The position numbers and the translations under genes were made by a program. This document shows, in pieces, positions 17,864-26,191 of a stretch of DNA of 64,000 nucleotides (positions within the stretch are counted from its first letter, which is position 1; every line of letters begins with the position of its first letter). The notes under the pieces are model-generated. The model had not been told where the DNA came from. It made no database searches and was given only the letters and a program-made list of their open reading frames with translations. Source of the stretch: an uncultured Erysipelotrichaceae bacterium (GTDB taxonomy: Bacteria; Bacillota_I; Bacilli_A; RF39; UBA660); NCBI GenBank assembly GCA_902764545.1, contig CACWWC010000008.1, forward strand, positions 9,191-73,190, read 5' to 3'.

Positions 17864-19419
17864 CAATTTTTAGGTTTCTATATGAAATATTATCTGTACT
17901 CTTTCAAGGTGTAATATACATATTTAAAGGATTATTTAATGGAATAAAAACAATTTTTTCTTTTGGAGACTATAAGAAAATCATTGATTTCTATTCAAAA
18001 GAATTAAATATAAGCGAATGGATACTAGTAACAATCTTAATTGTGGTATTAATTTTGATAGTAGGTTTAATTGCTTATATATTATATTACTTATTAAGAA
18101 AGTATATAATATTGAAAAAGAAATTGGTAAACCAAGAGTCACTGCTTGAAGAAATAAATACATTAAATGATCAGGTTGAAGGACTAGTTAAAGAAAATGA
18201 AAAAATAGCAGAAATATATTCTGGAATTACACCAAATTCTAATAATGGAAAGATAGGAGGCGCTAATGTTAATCCTATAAATCCAAATGAGCCACAAGTT
18301 GAAGGAGAAGAAGTAGAACAAGAAGAAGAGGTTGCAGATGAAAACATAAGATTCCCACAATTGTATAGAATTGATAAATTAAATAAAAAGACAAAAATAG
18401 TAAACTACAACAATACACAAACGTTGCCAGAATTGGTAGACGACTTTAGATGCTTTTCTGCAAGTCAATTACATCTATACTATAATGTAGAAATGATTCG
18501 TGTATTCTTCGGTGGACTAGCATGTGGTAAAATGTTAATATTCCAAGGTATTTCTGGTACAGGAAAAACATCCCTTGCATATGCATGGAGCAAATTTAAT
18601 AAATCGGACCCATGTATAGCATCAGTGCAACCTTCATGGCGTGATAGAACCGATTTCTTTGGCTACATGAACGAATTTACGAAAAGATTTAATGAAACAG
18701 GGGCTTTAGTTGAATTATATAGTGCATTATACGATGATAGATGTCACACAATTGTACTAGATGAAATGAATCTGGCACGTGTTGAGTACTATTTCGCAGA
18801 AGTACTATCAATACTTGAAATGCCAAATAGAGCAGAATGGATTGTTAGCCTTGTAACTAACACTGTTGAAAATGATCCAGTTAAACTAAATAATGGTAAA
18901 ATACGATTAAATGGAAATGTATGGTACATAGGAACAATCAATAACGATGATTCAACATTTGCAGTTACTGATAAAGTTTATGATAGAGCAATGCCTATTG
19001 ATATTAATACCAAAATCGATCCATTTGATTGTAGAAACCAAGAGGCCCTAGATTTAAATTCGGTTTATCTTGAATCATTATTTCACAAGGCATGTGAAGA
19101 TTTTCCAATATCTGAAAAAAGTCTTAAAAGCTTAAGTACAGTCGATAGTTTTATGATAACCAACTTTAAAATATCTTTTGGTAATCGTATCATGAAACAA
19201 TTAAACATATTTGTACCGGTATATGTTGCATGTGGAGGAGATGAAGTTGGAGGAATTGACTATTTCGTTGCAAAAAAAATATTACGTAAACTGGAACAAC
19301 AGAATATAGCATATATTCGTGACGCAATTGATCCATTCATAGAAGAATTGAATAGATTATTTGGAAAAGACAAAATGAAAGAATGTATTGAATACGTTAG
19401 TATGTTAAAGAAAGGTTAA
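17860..19419 (+). CDS. Membrane-anchored McrB-like (AAA_5/dynein-related) AAA+ ATPase (protein H)
   Basis: Hydrophobic N-terminus plus TM helix WILVTILIVVLILIVGLIAYILYYLL, coiled coil, acidic linker. Walker A GISGTGKTS (18547-18573). Walker B and downstream IVLDEMNLARVEYYFAEVLSILE (from 18751), a signature I recall from McrB-family ATPases. Confidence 0.7.
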   Translation: MTIFRFLYEILSVLFQGVIYIFKGLFNGIKTIFSFGDYKKIIDFYSKELNISEWILVTILIVVLILIVGLIAYILYYLLRKYIILKKKLVNQESLLEEINTLNDQVEGLVKENEKIAEIYSGITPNSNNGKIGGANVNPINPNEPQVEGEEVEQEEEVADENIRFPQLYRIDKLNKKTKIVNYNNTQTLPELVDDFRCFSASQLHLYYNVEMIRVFFGGLACGKMLIFQGISGTGKTSLAYAWSKFNKSDPCIASVQPSWRDRTDFFGYMNEFTKRFNETGALVELYSALYDDRCHTIVLDEMNLARVEYYFAEVLSILEMPNRAEWIVSLVTNTVENDPVKLNNGKIRLNGNVWYIGTINNDDSTFAVTDKVYDRAMPIDINTKIDPFDCRNQEALDLNSVYLESLFHKACEDFPISEKSLKSLSTVDSFMITNFKISFGNRIMKQLNIFVPVYVACGGDEVGGIDYFVAKKILRKLEQQNIAYIRDAIDPFIEELNRLFGKDKMKECIEYVSMLKKG

Positions 19420-19433
19420 AATAGGTAAATAAT

Positions 19434-20672
19434 ATGGAAAACTATTCATTAAAATATGAAAATCAATCTGATTTGTTTAATGATAAGTTCTTTAAAAATA
19501 TAAATCAAAGAGAACTTCTATCATCAGATTATACAGGATTAATAGTTAGCTTTGATTGGTTTGATTTAATCTTTGGAACTATACCATATGTAAACAATAT
19601 ATTTAATGATTTAAAATCATTCCTAAAGGAAGAAGAAGAAATACTTAAAATAGAAAAGGTTCGTAAAGTTGGACCGCCAACGTTCAAACATCTAGCTAAA
19701 CATACAAACTTTATTCAAGAATATGATGAAGAAAAAAATAAAATAACACCATCTAAACTTCTAAACACGTATAAGGAAGATACATTCAATACCTATGAAA
19801 ATCGTTTTATTTGTACTCTTGTTGATGAGCTGGCAATATTTTTGGAAGATATAAAGAATCAATTAACAGCACATGATACACATAATGAAGATTCATTTAC
19901 GTTTAATAGTAAAACCAAAGCAGATGGTGAGGAGATTTCATTCAATTTTATGCTAGATGCAAAAACAGACAGGTCGTCAGGCCTTGAAGAATTTGAGGCA
20001 AAATCAGAAATTGTAATGAATAATGTTAAGTCTTGGAGAGACAGTTTACTATATAAAACTCTAAAAAAAGAAAAAGCACCTGCAGTATCAGATCCAATTA
20101 AAAGAACTAATGTAATTTTAAAAAATCCAAACTTTCAAATGGCAGCTAATTTATGGGACTTTATTCACAACTTTAGTATAGATGCACATACCATAGAAAA
20201 CAATAGAGATGTATACAATCAATTACCAACAGTTTTCAATGATAAAGTTAATAATACTTTTTTATGTTTTTACTACATTATGAAATATACATGTGCAAAG
20301 AATAATTATCAAAAAGATATATATAACAAAGAATTAAATAAACTATTTTTGAAAGATATAAAAGAGAATATAAGATCACTTGCTAATGGAGATGATGCGT
20401 TAACAAAAGAAGATCTTGTAAATTTAGTAACATCAGAATATGATATCGTTAAAAAAGAAAAAGTAGTAGATTATTCAATGGTTGCAAATAAAATTAACAG
20501 TAGCTCAAAGAAATTTATGGATAAAATGGATTCAAGTTTCTTCCAAATAGGTGGAGATGGAGCAACACTTAATATGACACTCGACGAAGAAGAAGATAAT
20601 AAAGAAGAGAAAATCATAGTTGATGATATTGATAAAACATCAAGCAACTCAGGAGATGAAGAAAATGATTAA
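19434..20672 (+). CDS. Cytoplasmic partner protein, possibly DUF2357/McrC-like (protein I)
   Basis: No TM helix. NTYENRFICTLVDEL resembles the conserved core of DUF2357 McrC-like partners (memory-based). ADGEEISFNFMLDAK (LDAK at 19953-19964) could be a D...D-x-K nuclease remnant. Acidic tail. 14 nt after H, and overlaps J by 8 nt. Confidence 0.45.
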   Translation: MENYSLKYENQSDLFNDKFFKNINQRELLSSDYTGLIVSFDWFDLIFGTIPYVNNIFNDLKSFLKEEEEILKIEKVRKVGPPTFKHLAKHTNFIQEYDEEKNKITPSKLLNTYKEDTFNTYENRFICTLVDELAIFLEDIKNQLTAHDTHNEDSFTFNSKTKADGEEISFNFMLDAKTDRSSGLEEFEAKSEIVMNNVKSWRDSLLYKTLKKEKAPAVSDPIKRTNVILKNPNFQMAANLWDFIHNFSIDAHTIENNRDVYNQLPTVFNDKVNNTFLCFYYIMKYTCAKNNYQKDIYNKELNKLFLKDIKENIRSLANGDDALTKEDLVNLVTSEYDIVKKEKVVDYSMVANKINSSSKKFMDKMDSSFFQIGGDGATLNMTLDEEEDNKEEKIIVDDIDKTSSNSGDEEND

Positions 20673-21444
20673 AAATATTTTAAAAATAATAATGAAAATA
20701 TTAAAAATAGCATTAATTATAATAATTGTTTTATTCGCATCATTTGTATTACTACAACGTTTTTCCAACAATAACACATCCATATTTGGATATAGAATGT
20801 TTGCAGTTGTAACAGGTTCAATGGAACCAGTATATAGTGTTGGCGATGTTATACTATGTAAGGAAGTTGATACTAATAAATTAAAAGTTGGAGATGATGT
20901 TACATATTTAGGTAAAGAAGGCACTTTTAAAGATAAAGTCATTACACATAGATTAAAAAACATCACAGAAAAAGATGGAAAAAAGATATTTTACACACAG
21001 GGAGTTGCAACTAACAATATCGATCCACCTATAGAAGCAAGTCAGATATATGGTAAGGTATCAAGAAAATTATTAATTTTATCAGCATTTCACAGTTATT
21101 CTAGTACTAGCATTGGTTTTTTCCTATGTGTAATAATACCTATAATGTTATTAGTTGGAACCGAAGTAGTACAAACGATGCTTGAAAAACATGAAGAACA
21201 GCATGAAAAACATAATGAAATACAACAAAACAGCCAACAAAACAATTATACAACAGAGCAATTAAAACAAGAATTAGAATCGCTACAACAAATGGTAGAT
21301 GTTCAAAATGAACAATATGAAGCGAGGATAGCAAATAATGCACAAATGCAACCTCAAACTGTAGGAGTAAATAATATGAATGTGCAAGCACAGCCTCAAG
21401 CAGTAGGAGTAAATAGCACAGCCTCAAGCAGTAGGAGTAAATAA
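20665..21444 (+). CDS. SipW-like (ER/archaeal-type, S26B) signal peptidase I with frameshift-truncated Q/P-rich repeat tail (protein J)
   Basis: ATG 20665 lies 9 nt after AGGAG (track start 20620 sits inside the upstream gene). TM helix, VVTGSMEPVYSVGD (Ser box), ITHRL (His box), TQGVATNNID, second TM helix. Tail of 14-aa QPQxxGVNN repeats ends prematurely at a 28-bp duplication. Confidence 0.75.
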   Translation: MIKNILKIIMKILKIALIIIIVLFASFVLLQRFSNNNTSIFGYRMFAVVTGSMEPVYSVGDVILCKEVDTNKLKVGDDVTYLGKEGTFKDKVITHRLKNITEKDGKKIFYTQGVATNNIDPPIEASQIYGKVSRKLLILSAFHSYSSTSIGFFLCVIIPIMLLVGTEVVQTMLEKHEEQHEKHNEIQQNSQQNNYTTEQLKQELESLQQMVDVQNEQYEARIANNAQMQPQTVGVNNMNVQAQPQAVGVNSTASSSRSK

Positions 21445-21619
21445 TATAAGTGCACAAGTGCAACCTCAAACTGTAGGAGTAAATGGTATAAATGCACAAA
21501 TGCAACCTCAAACTGTAGGAGTATATAATATAAATGCACAGGTGCAACCCCAAGCAGTAGGAGTAAATAATATAAGTGCACAAGAGCAACCCCAAGCAGA
21601 AATAGACAGTAGTAAATAA
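21340..21619 (+). repeat. 42-bp (14-codon) tandem coding repeat array, about 6 units, interrupted by a 28-bp duplication
   Basis: Units such as GCACAAATGCAACCTCAAACTGTAGGAGTAAATAATATGAAT. After 21416 the array continues in the +1 frame to a TAA at 21617-21619. Confidence 0.9.
21388..21443 (+). repeat. Perfect 28-bp tandem duplication causing a frameshift
   Basis: GCACAGCCTCAAGCAGTAGGAGTAAATA occurs at 21388-21415 and again at 21416-21443. 28 is not a multiple of 3, and the stop appears at 21442-21444. Confidence 0.9.
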
Positions 21620-21676
21620 AATAGAGATAATCATTTACAGGGATTATAAACTTTGGTGGTAAAAGGAAGTGATAGT

Positions 21677-23002
21677 ATGAAACTGACTGAAAGAATGAAG
21701 TCTAAGTTAAGAAAAGTCAACTTTACATCAGTTGCATTTTTTGCTGTTTCCGTAATTTCTATCACTTTCGCATGGTTAGCATACAGTAATACTATTGCAA
21801 CCAATTTGGATGTTGATATTAAAAGATGGGATATCAATATAACAACTGGAAACACTGAAATAACCAATGAGTATGATATTAATGTTGACTCATTTTATCC
21901 AGGAATGGATGATTATAGTGACTCATTTACAATAAGAAATAACGGTGATTTAGCAGCCAAGATAGATTATAATATTTCATATTTCAGATTATTTGATCAA
22001 GAAATACCAACAAATAATTTAACATTTTATGAATTGCAAAGAGACTACCCATTTAAAATATCACTAGATTATGATACAAGATATTTAGGAATTAATGATA
22101 CAGCAACATTTAGCATTTCATGTGAATGGCCATTGGACTCCGGTGATGATGCAGCAGATACTTTATATGGAAATATGGCATCAGAGTTTTATGCTCAAGA
22201 ACAACAGATAAAAGCAAATAACCCATCATATGAAATAAGAAAAGGCCTAGAATTGAAAATCGAAATTGTAGTAAGTCAATATATTGATGAGACAAACTCA
22301 TTTGCGACTGACTCTTGGGACACTATTCAACTGGCAGTAGAAAAAGGAGATACAAGCAAATATAGTGTTGGAGCCACAAAAAATGTAAGAGTGGGAAACA
22401 AAAACCTTAAAGTAAAAATTGTAAATAAATCAGCACCAACATCATGTAATGGGGATTCATTTTCACAAACAGCATGTGGCTTTGTTTTAGAATTTGAAAA
22501 TGTTATTGAAGAAAAAAAGATGAATTCTTCAAATACAACTAACGGAGGATGGCCAAATAGTGAATTATATGAGTATTTGCACGGTGACTTTTTCTCAACC
22601 AAATTACCATATGAACTGAGAAAAGTAGTAGCAACAACACGTGTTGTTTCTGGGCATAACTCAAATGAAACAACAAATTATGTAACTTATGATAAATTAT
22701 ATTTGTTTTCCAAAAAAGAATATTATGGAGTAAGTGCACAAGATACCGCAGCAAACTCCACTAGGCAGATTGATTGGTATGTTGGTATGTCATCTACACC
22801 AATATATAATAGTGGAAGCCTTGTTGGACATGCCTACTTAAAAATGAAAAAGCTCGATTCATTAAACAACCCAAAAACATATTGGTTTCGTTCGGTAAAT
22901 GGTACACAATTGTTTGATGCGGTATATAGTAGTTCAATTTATTCTCCAAGAGCGGCAAATGAACCAAATGTTTGGTTTGCTCCTGCTTTTAGAATCACAT
23001 AA
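21677..23002 (+). CDS. Secreted fusion: TasA-like N-terminal domain with SipW-type signal plus DUF6273-like C-terminal domain (protein K)
   Basis: ATG 21677 after AAAGGAAGTGA. TM helix ending ITFAWLAYS. FYPGMDDYSDSFTIRNNGDLAAKIDY (TasA-like strand). The C-terminal half from about 22310 (GGWPNSELYEYLHGDFFSTKLPYELRKVV) resembles the W..S.lR.wLN-type DUF6273 domain. Confidence 0.6.
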   Translation: MKLTERMKSKLRKVNFTSVAFFAVSVISITFAWLAYSNTIATNLDVDIKRWDINITTGNTEITNEYDINVDSFYPGMDDYSDSFTIRNNGDLAAKIDYNISYFRLFDQEIPTNNLTFYELQRDYPFKISLDYDTRYLGINDTATFSISCEWPLDSGDDAADTLYGNMASEFYAQEQQIKANNPSYEIRKGLELKIEIVVSQYIDETNSFATDSWDTIQLAVEKGDTSKYSVGATKNVRVGNKNLKVKIVNKSAPTSCNGDSFSQTACGFVLEFENVIEEKKMNSSNTTNGGWPNSELYEYLHGDFFSTKLPYELRKVVATTRVVSGHNSNETTNYVTYDKLYLFSKKEYYGVSAQDTAANSTRQIDWYVGMSSTPIYNSGSLVGHAYLKMKKLDSLNNPKTYWFRSVNGTQLFDAVYSSSIYSPRAANEPNVWFAPAFRIT

Positions 23003-23011
23003 TTAAAGCTA

Positions 23012-23044
23012 AAAGTTAGACACCAAAGGTGTTTAACTTTTTAT
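23012..23044 (+). terminator. Rho-independent terminator
   Basis: AAAGTTAGACACC-AAA-GGTGTTTAACTTT 13-bp stem (one G-U pair) followed by TTTTTAT. Confidence 0.8.
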
Positions 23045-23100
23045 ATGTCATGACTTAAACTGATATTAAAACTATCATTATAAATTATAAATACCAGCTA

Positions 23101-23130
23101 TTTACAATTTGATTTCGAGTGTGCTATAAT
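23101..23130 (+). promoter_or_regulatory. sigma-A type promoter
   Basis: TTTACA (23101-23106), 18-nt spacer, TATAAT (23125-23130). It covers the track ATG at 23129, which supports the downstream start at 23162. Confidence 0.55.
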
Positions 23131-23161
23131 GATAATTGATAAAAAGGATAGAGGTATAACT

Positions 23162-24196
23162 ATGAAGAAGGTATTACGAATCATTCGAAATATTATTTTT
23201 GGCGTTATTTTTGTTGTGTATCTCTCAATAATCATTTGCGTAAGTACTTTGGTTTTAAATCGTAATGATTATGGATATACAGAGTTTGGAAATAAAGCAT
23301 TAATAGATATTAAAGAAAATACAGGAAATTATTTAAAAGGACAACTAGTAATAGTTGAAAAAAAGATTATTGATAACTTGAAAGCGGGCGATGAAGTCTT
23401 TGTATATGAGACAAACCAACAAGAAAAAACAGTAAAAGTGGTTTCTTCAACTATAAAAGAAATTAATAAGGAAGAAACTACCCCATATATAACATTAGAT
23501 GTAGATAATACAGCCTGGGGACAGGATTATATTGCTGGACAAAGCACAAAAATGTATGAATCTATAGGGGGCATACTAACATTTGTTGAGTCTAAATGGA
23601 TATTCTTTGTAATATTTATTATTCCTTGCTTTTTTATCTTATTATATGAGATTTATTCTGTAATTATTGTCATAAAATTCGATGGTGATGAAGCAATACT
23701 AGAAAATCCTAATGTTATCAGTGGTGATCAAAAAGATAAGGTGGATGATATTTCTGTATTGATGAGTGAAATAACTAATTTGAAATCTCAGCTAAATCAA
23801 AATGCCCAGCCTATTATGAATCAAAACTTAACTCAGCAATCAATGCAACCACAAACTATAGGAATTAATAGTGCGAATGCACAAGTACAACCACAAGCAG
23901 CAGGAGTAAATAATATAAATGCACAGGTGCAACCACAAGCAGCAGGAGTAAATAATATAAATGCACAGGTGCAACCCCAAGCAGCAGGAGTGAATAATAT
24001 AAATGCACAAGCGCAGCCCCAAGTTGGAGGAGTAAATAATATAAATGCACAAATGCAGCCCCAAGTTGGAGGAGTAGATAATATAAATGCACAGGTGCAA
24101 ACATCACAGAATACAAATATTGCTAATTCAAATTCAGAACAGCCACAAATTATTCAGACATCAGCCCAAACACTTGATTCACAAAATAATCAATAG
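23162..24196 (+). CDS. Bitopic membrane protein: SipW-like ectodomain lacking catalytic Ser and His, plus Q/P-rich 14-aa repeat tail (protein L)
   Basis: ATG 23162 after AAGGATAGAGG. FGNKALIDIKENTGNYLKGQLVIVEKK...AGDEVFVY...VDNTAWGQDYIAG aligns to the SipW fold, but GSM and THR are absent. Second TM helix. Tail AQVQPQAAGVNNIN x ~6. Confidence 0.65.
   Translation: MKKVLRIIRNIIFGVIFVVYLSIIICVSTLVLNRNDYGYTEFGNKALIDIKENTGNYLKGQLVIVEKKIIDNLKAGDEVFVYETNQQEKTVKVVSSTIKEINKEETTPYITLDVDNTAWGQDYIAGQSTKMYESIGGILTFVESKWIFFVIFIIPCFFILLYEIYSVIIVIKFDGDEAILENPNVISGDQKDKVDDISVLMSEITNLKSQLNQNAQPIMNQNLTQQSMQPQTIGINSANAQVQPQAAGVNNINAQVQPQAAGVNNINAQVQPQAAGVNNINAQAQPQVGGVNNINAQMQPQVGGVDNINAQVQTSQNTNIANSNSEQPQIIQTSAQTLDSQNNQ
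23837..24100 (+). repeat. 42-bp tandem coding repeat array (~6.3 units), homologous to the array at 21340-21619
   Basis: Units at 23879-23920, 23921-23962, 23963-24004, 24005-24046 and 24047-24088, e.g. GCACAGGTGCAACCACAAGCAGCAGGAGTAAATAATATAAAT. Confidence 0.9.
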
Positions 24197-24248
24197 AATA
24201 ATCAATTTAGCTGGTAAATAATACTATAAATAATAAGAAGGTGGTTTG

Positions 24249-24959
24249 ATGGCAAAGAAAATAGTTAATCTGATATTGAACATTTCAATTGTTTGCGCTT
24301 CAATAATTTTATTTGTTACCATCTTTTTAGATATTCAAACGACAGTATTAAAAAAAACATATAAATCATTTTTTGGATATTCTCTTTTTGAAATAAAAAC
24401 AGGAAGCATGAGCAAAACGATTAAAATAGGAGACTGGATATTAGTAAAAAATACCAAAGATGTTGACCTAAATGATATCATAACATATGAACAAAATGGT
24501 AATTTTATAACACATAGAGTTATACAAAAATATCAAGGAAACATTACTACGAAGGGGGATTCCAATAATACTATAGATAAACCTATAACTAATACGCAGG
24601 TTGTTGGCAAAGTAATCAAGGTATTACCAAAATTTGGTATAATAAAAAGTGTACTTTTAAATAGTGAAGTATTGATTCCATTTATTATTACAATATTTAT
24701 TATTTGTTTAATAATTGATGATAAAAATAATAAAAATGAATCATATATAAATAGATTTAAATCTTTATTTAAAAAAAGAGATAAAAATATAAATAATAGA
24801 ATTAAGGACATACCAATTCCTCAGAAAAATGATGAATCAATGACAACTATTTTAAGTAAAGTAGAAATTGATAATAATAATGAGGTTTATAGCAGATTGA
24901 AGGAAACAAAAAATGAAGAAGAGGATGATGATATTCCAAAAATAATCAAAATCATATGA
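24249..24959 (+). CDS. SipW-like (ER/archaeal-type, S26B) signal peptidase I, canonical motifs (protein M)
   Basis: ATG 24249 after GAAGGTGG (track TTG 24246). TM helix, IKTGSMSKTIKIGD (Ser box), ITHRVI (His box), TTKGDSNNTIDKP (GDxN..D box), C-terminal TM helix and K/N/E-rich tail. Confidence 0.8.
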   Translation: MAKKIVNLILNISIVCASIILFVTIFLDIQTTVLKKTYKSFFGYSLFEIKTGSMSKTIKIGDWILVKNTKDVDLNDIITYEQNGNFITHRVIQKYQGNITTKGDSNNTIDKPITNTQVVGKVIKVLPKFGIIKSVLLNSEVLIPFIITIFIICLIIDDKNNKNESYINRFKSLFKKRDKNINNRIKDIPIPQKNDESMTTILSKVEIDNNNEVYSRLKETKNEEEDDDIPKIIKII

Positions 24960-24978
24960 AACAGAGAGGGATTATTTC

Positions 24979-26175
24979 ATGAATAAAAAAGGAAAAAAAA
25001 GAATGCGAAGATTAATGATTTTATTCATAATGATTCTACTCACTTTATCTATATTGTTAGTTGGAACATATGCATGGTTTATTGGATTAAGAACAGTAGA
25101 TGTTTCAGAATTTAGCGTTACCATAACAGGAGTTGATGGGTTAGAAATATCTCTAGATGGTGAAAATTGGAAGATAGAAGGTGAGCCTTTACATATCAAT
25201 TCAAGTACAATCATTAATACAACATCCACAACGGATGATCATGCATATTCAGGGCATAAAAATATATGGCCAAGTGATGGGTTAGTACCGTTATCAACCA
25301 ATGGATTAATGGATGCGACAAACAGTAGATTAATACTATATGAAAAGACCGGATTGCCACCATCACCAGGAGGCTATGGAATAATATCAAACAGACTAGA
25401 TAACACTGGAACAGACGAAGCAGACGGATATGTCGCATTTGACTTGTTTCTTAAAAATGGAAAAGGTTCATCATACAATGAAACGTATGATCCAAATGCA
25501 GATGAAGATATTTATTTGACAAGCAACTCATATGCTAACAGTACACCAAGTGGTAGTAGTGAAGAAGCTTATGGAATTGCTAACTCAATAAGGATAGGTT
25601 TTTTCCAGATAGGACGAATAAAATCAAGCGGATATAGTTCATCAATATTAACTGGAATAACATGTAGTGGAGGGGAACATATTACAACAACTTGTACCAA
25701 TAGTACAAATTTAGACGAAAGAAGGGCCAAAACATGGAACATATGGGAGCCAAATGATTCAACACACGAAAGTAATTTAGTTCAACTTTTCAATAGAATA
25801 TGTAAGAAAAGAAGTGCAACGGGAGCCTACCTAGAAACCTCTTGTGATACTCTGACAGCTACAAGTAGTAATTTAACCTATGCAATAAATCAACCAATTA
25901 CTTCAACAGATCAAGTAGATGTTTATGATGGAAATAATGGGTACACTTCAGCAAAACTCACAGAAATGAATACATATAAAACAAATGACGCTGCAAATTA
26001 TGCAAGTGATAAAAAACAACTATTAAAAATTGCTGGAAATAGTGTAACAAAAATTAGAGTATACATATGGTTAGAAGGGCAAGACGTTGATAACTATGAT
26101 TTAATTGTCAATGATGCAAATGTGGCAATTAAATTTGGCTTTACAAAAGATAAATATGGTATTTCAACTACGTAA
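24979..26175 (+). CDS. Expanded TasA/camelysin-like secreted protein with SipW-type signal peptide (paralog A4)
   Basis: GTYAWFIGLRTVDVSEFSV, YVAFDLFLKNGKG, NSIRIGF, IWEPNDSTH, RVYIWLEGQDVDNYDL, KFGFTKDKYG. Confidence 0.65.
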   Translation: MNKKGKKRMRRLMILFIMILLTLSILLVGTYAWFIGLRTVDVSEFSVTITGVDGLEISLDGENWKIEGEPLHINSSTIINTTSTTDDHAYSGHKNIWPSDGLVPLSTNGLMDATNSRLILYEKTGLPPSPGGYGIISNRLDNTGTDEADGYVAFDLFLKNGKGSSYNETYDPNADEDIYLTSNSYANSTPSGSSEEAYGIANSIRIGFFQIGRIKSSGYSSSILTGITCSGGEHITTTCTNSTNLDERRAKTWNIWEPNDSTHESNLVQLFNRICKKRSATGAYLETSCDTLTATSSNLTYAINQPITSTDQVDVYDGNNGYTSAKLTEMNTYKTNDAANYASDKKQLLKIAGNSVTKIRVYIWLEGQDVDNYDLIVNDANVAIKFGFTKDKYGISTT

Positions 26176-26191
26176 ATAGGATGTGTATAAT

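Noticed and set aside
21140-21634. 164-aa minus-strand ORF, plus the similar ORFs at 21396-21581, 23840-24100 and 23865-24116
   Set aside because: These are antisense read-through of the 42-bp coding repeat arrays, giving monotonous LHLCIYIIYS-type peptides. They have no RBS and lie fully inside better-supported plus-strand genes.
21340-24100. Possible CRISPR array suggested by regular short repeats
   Set aside because: The units are contiguous with no spacers, have a period of exactly 42 bp (14 codons) and stay in an open reading frame. They are protein-coding tandem repeats. No cas genes are in the window.
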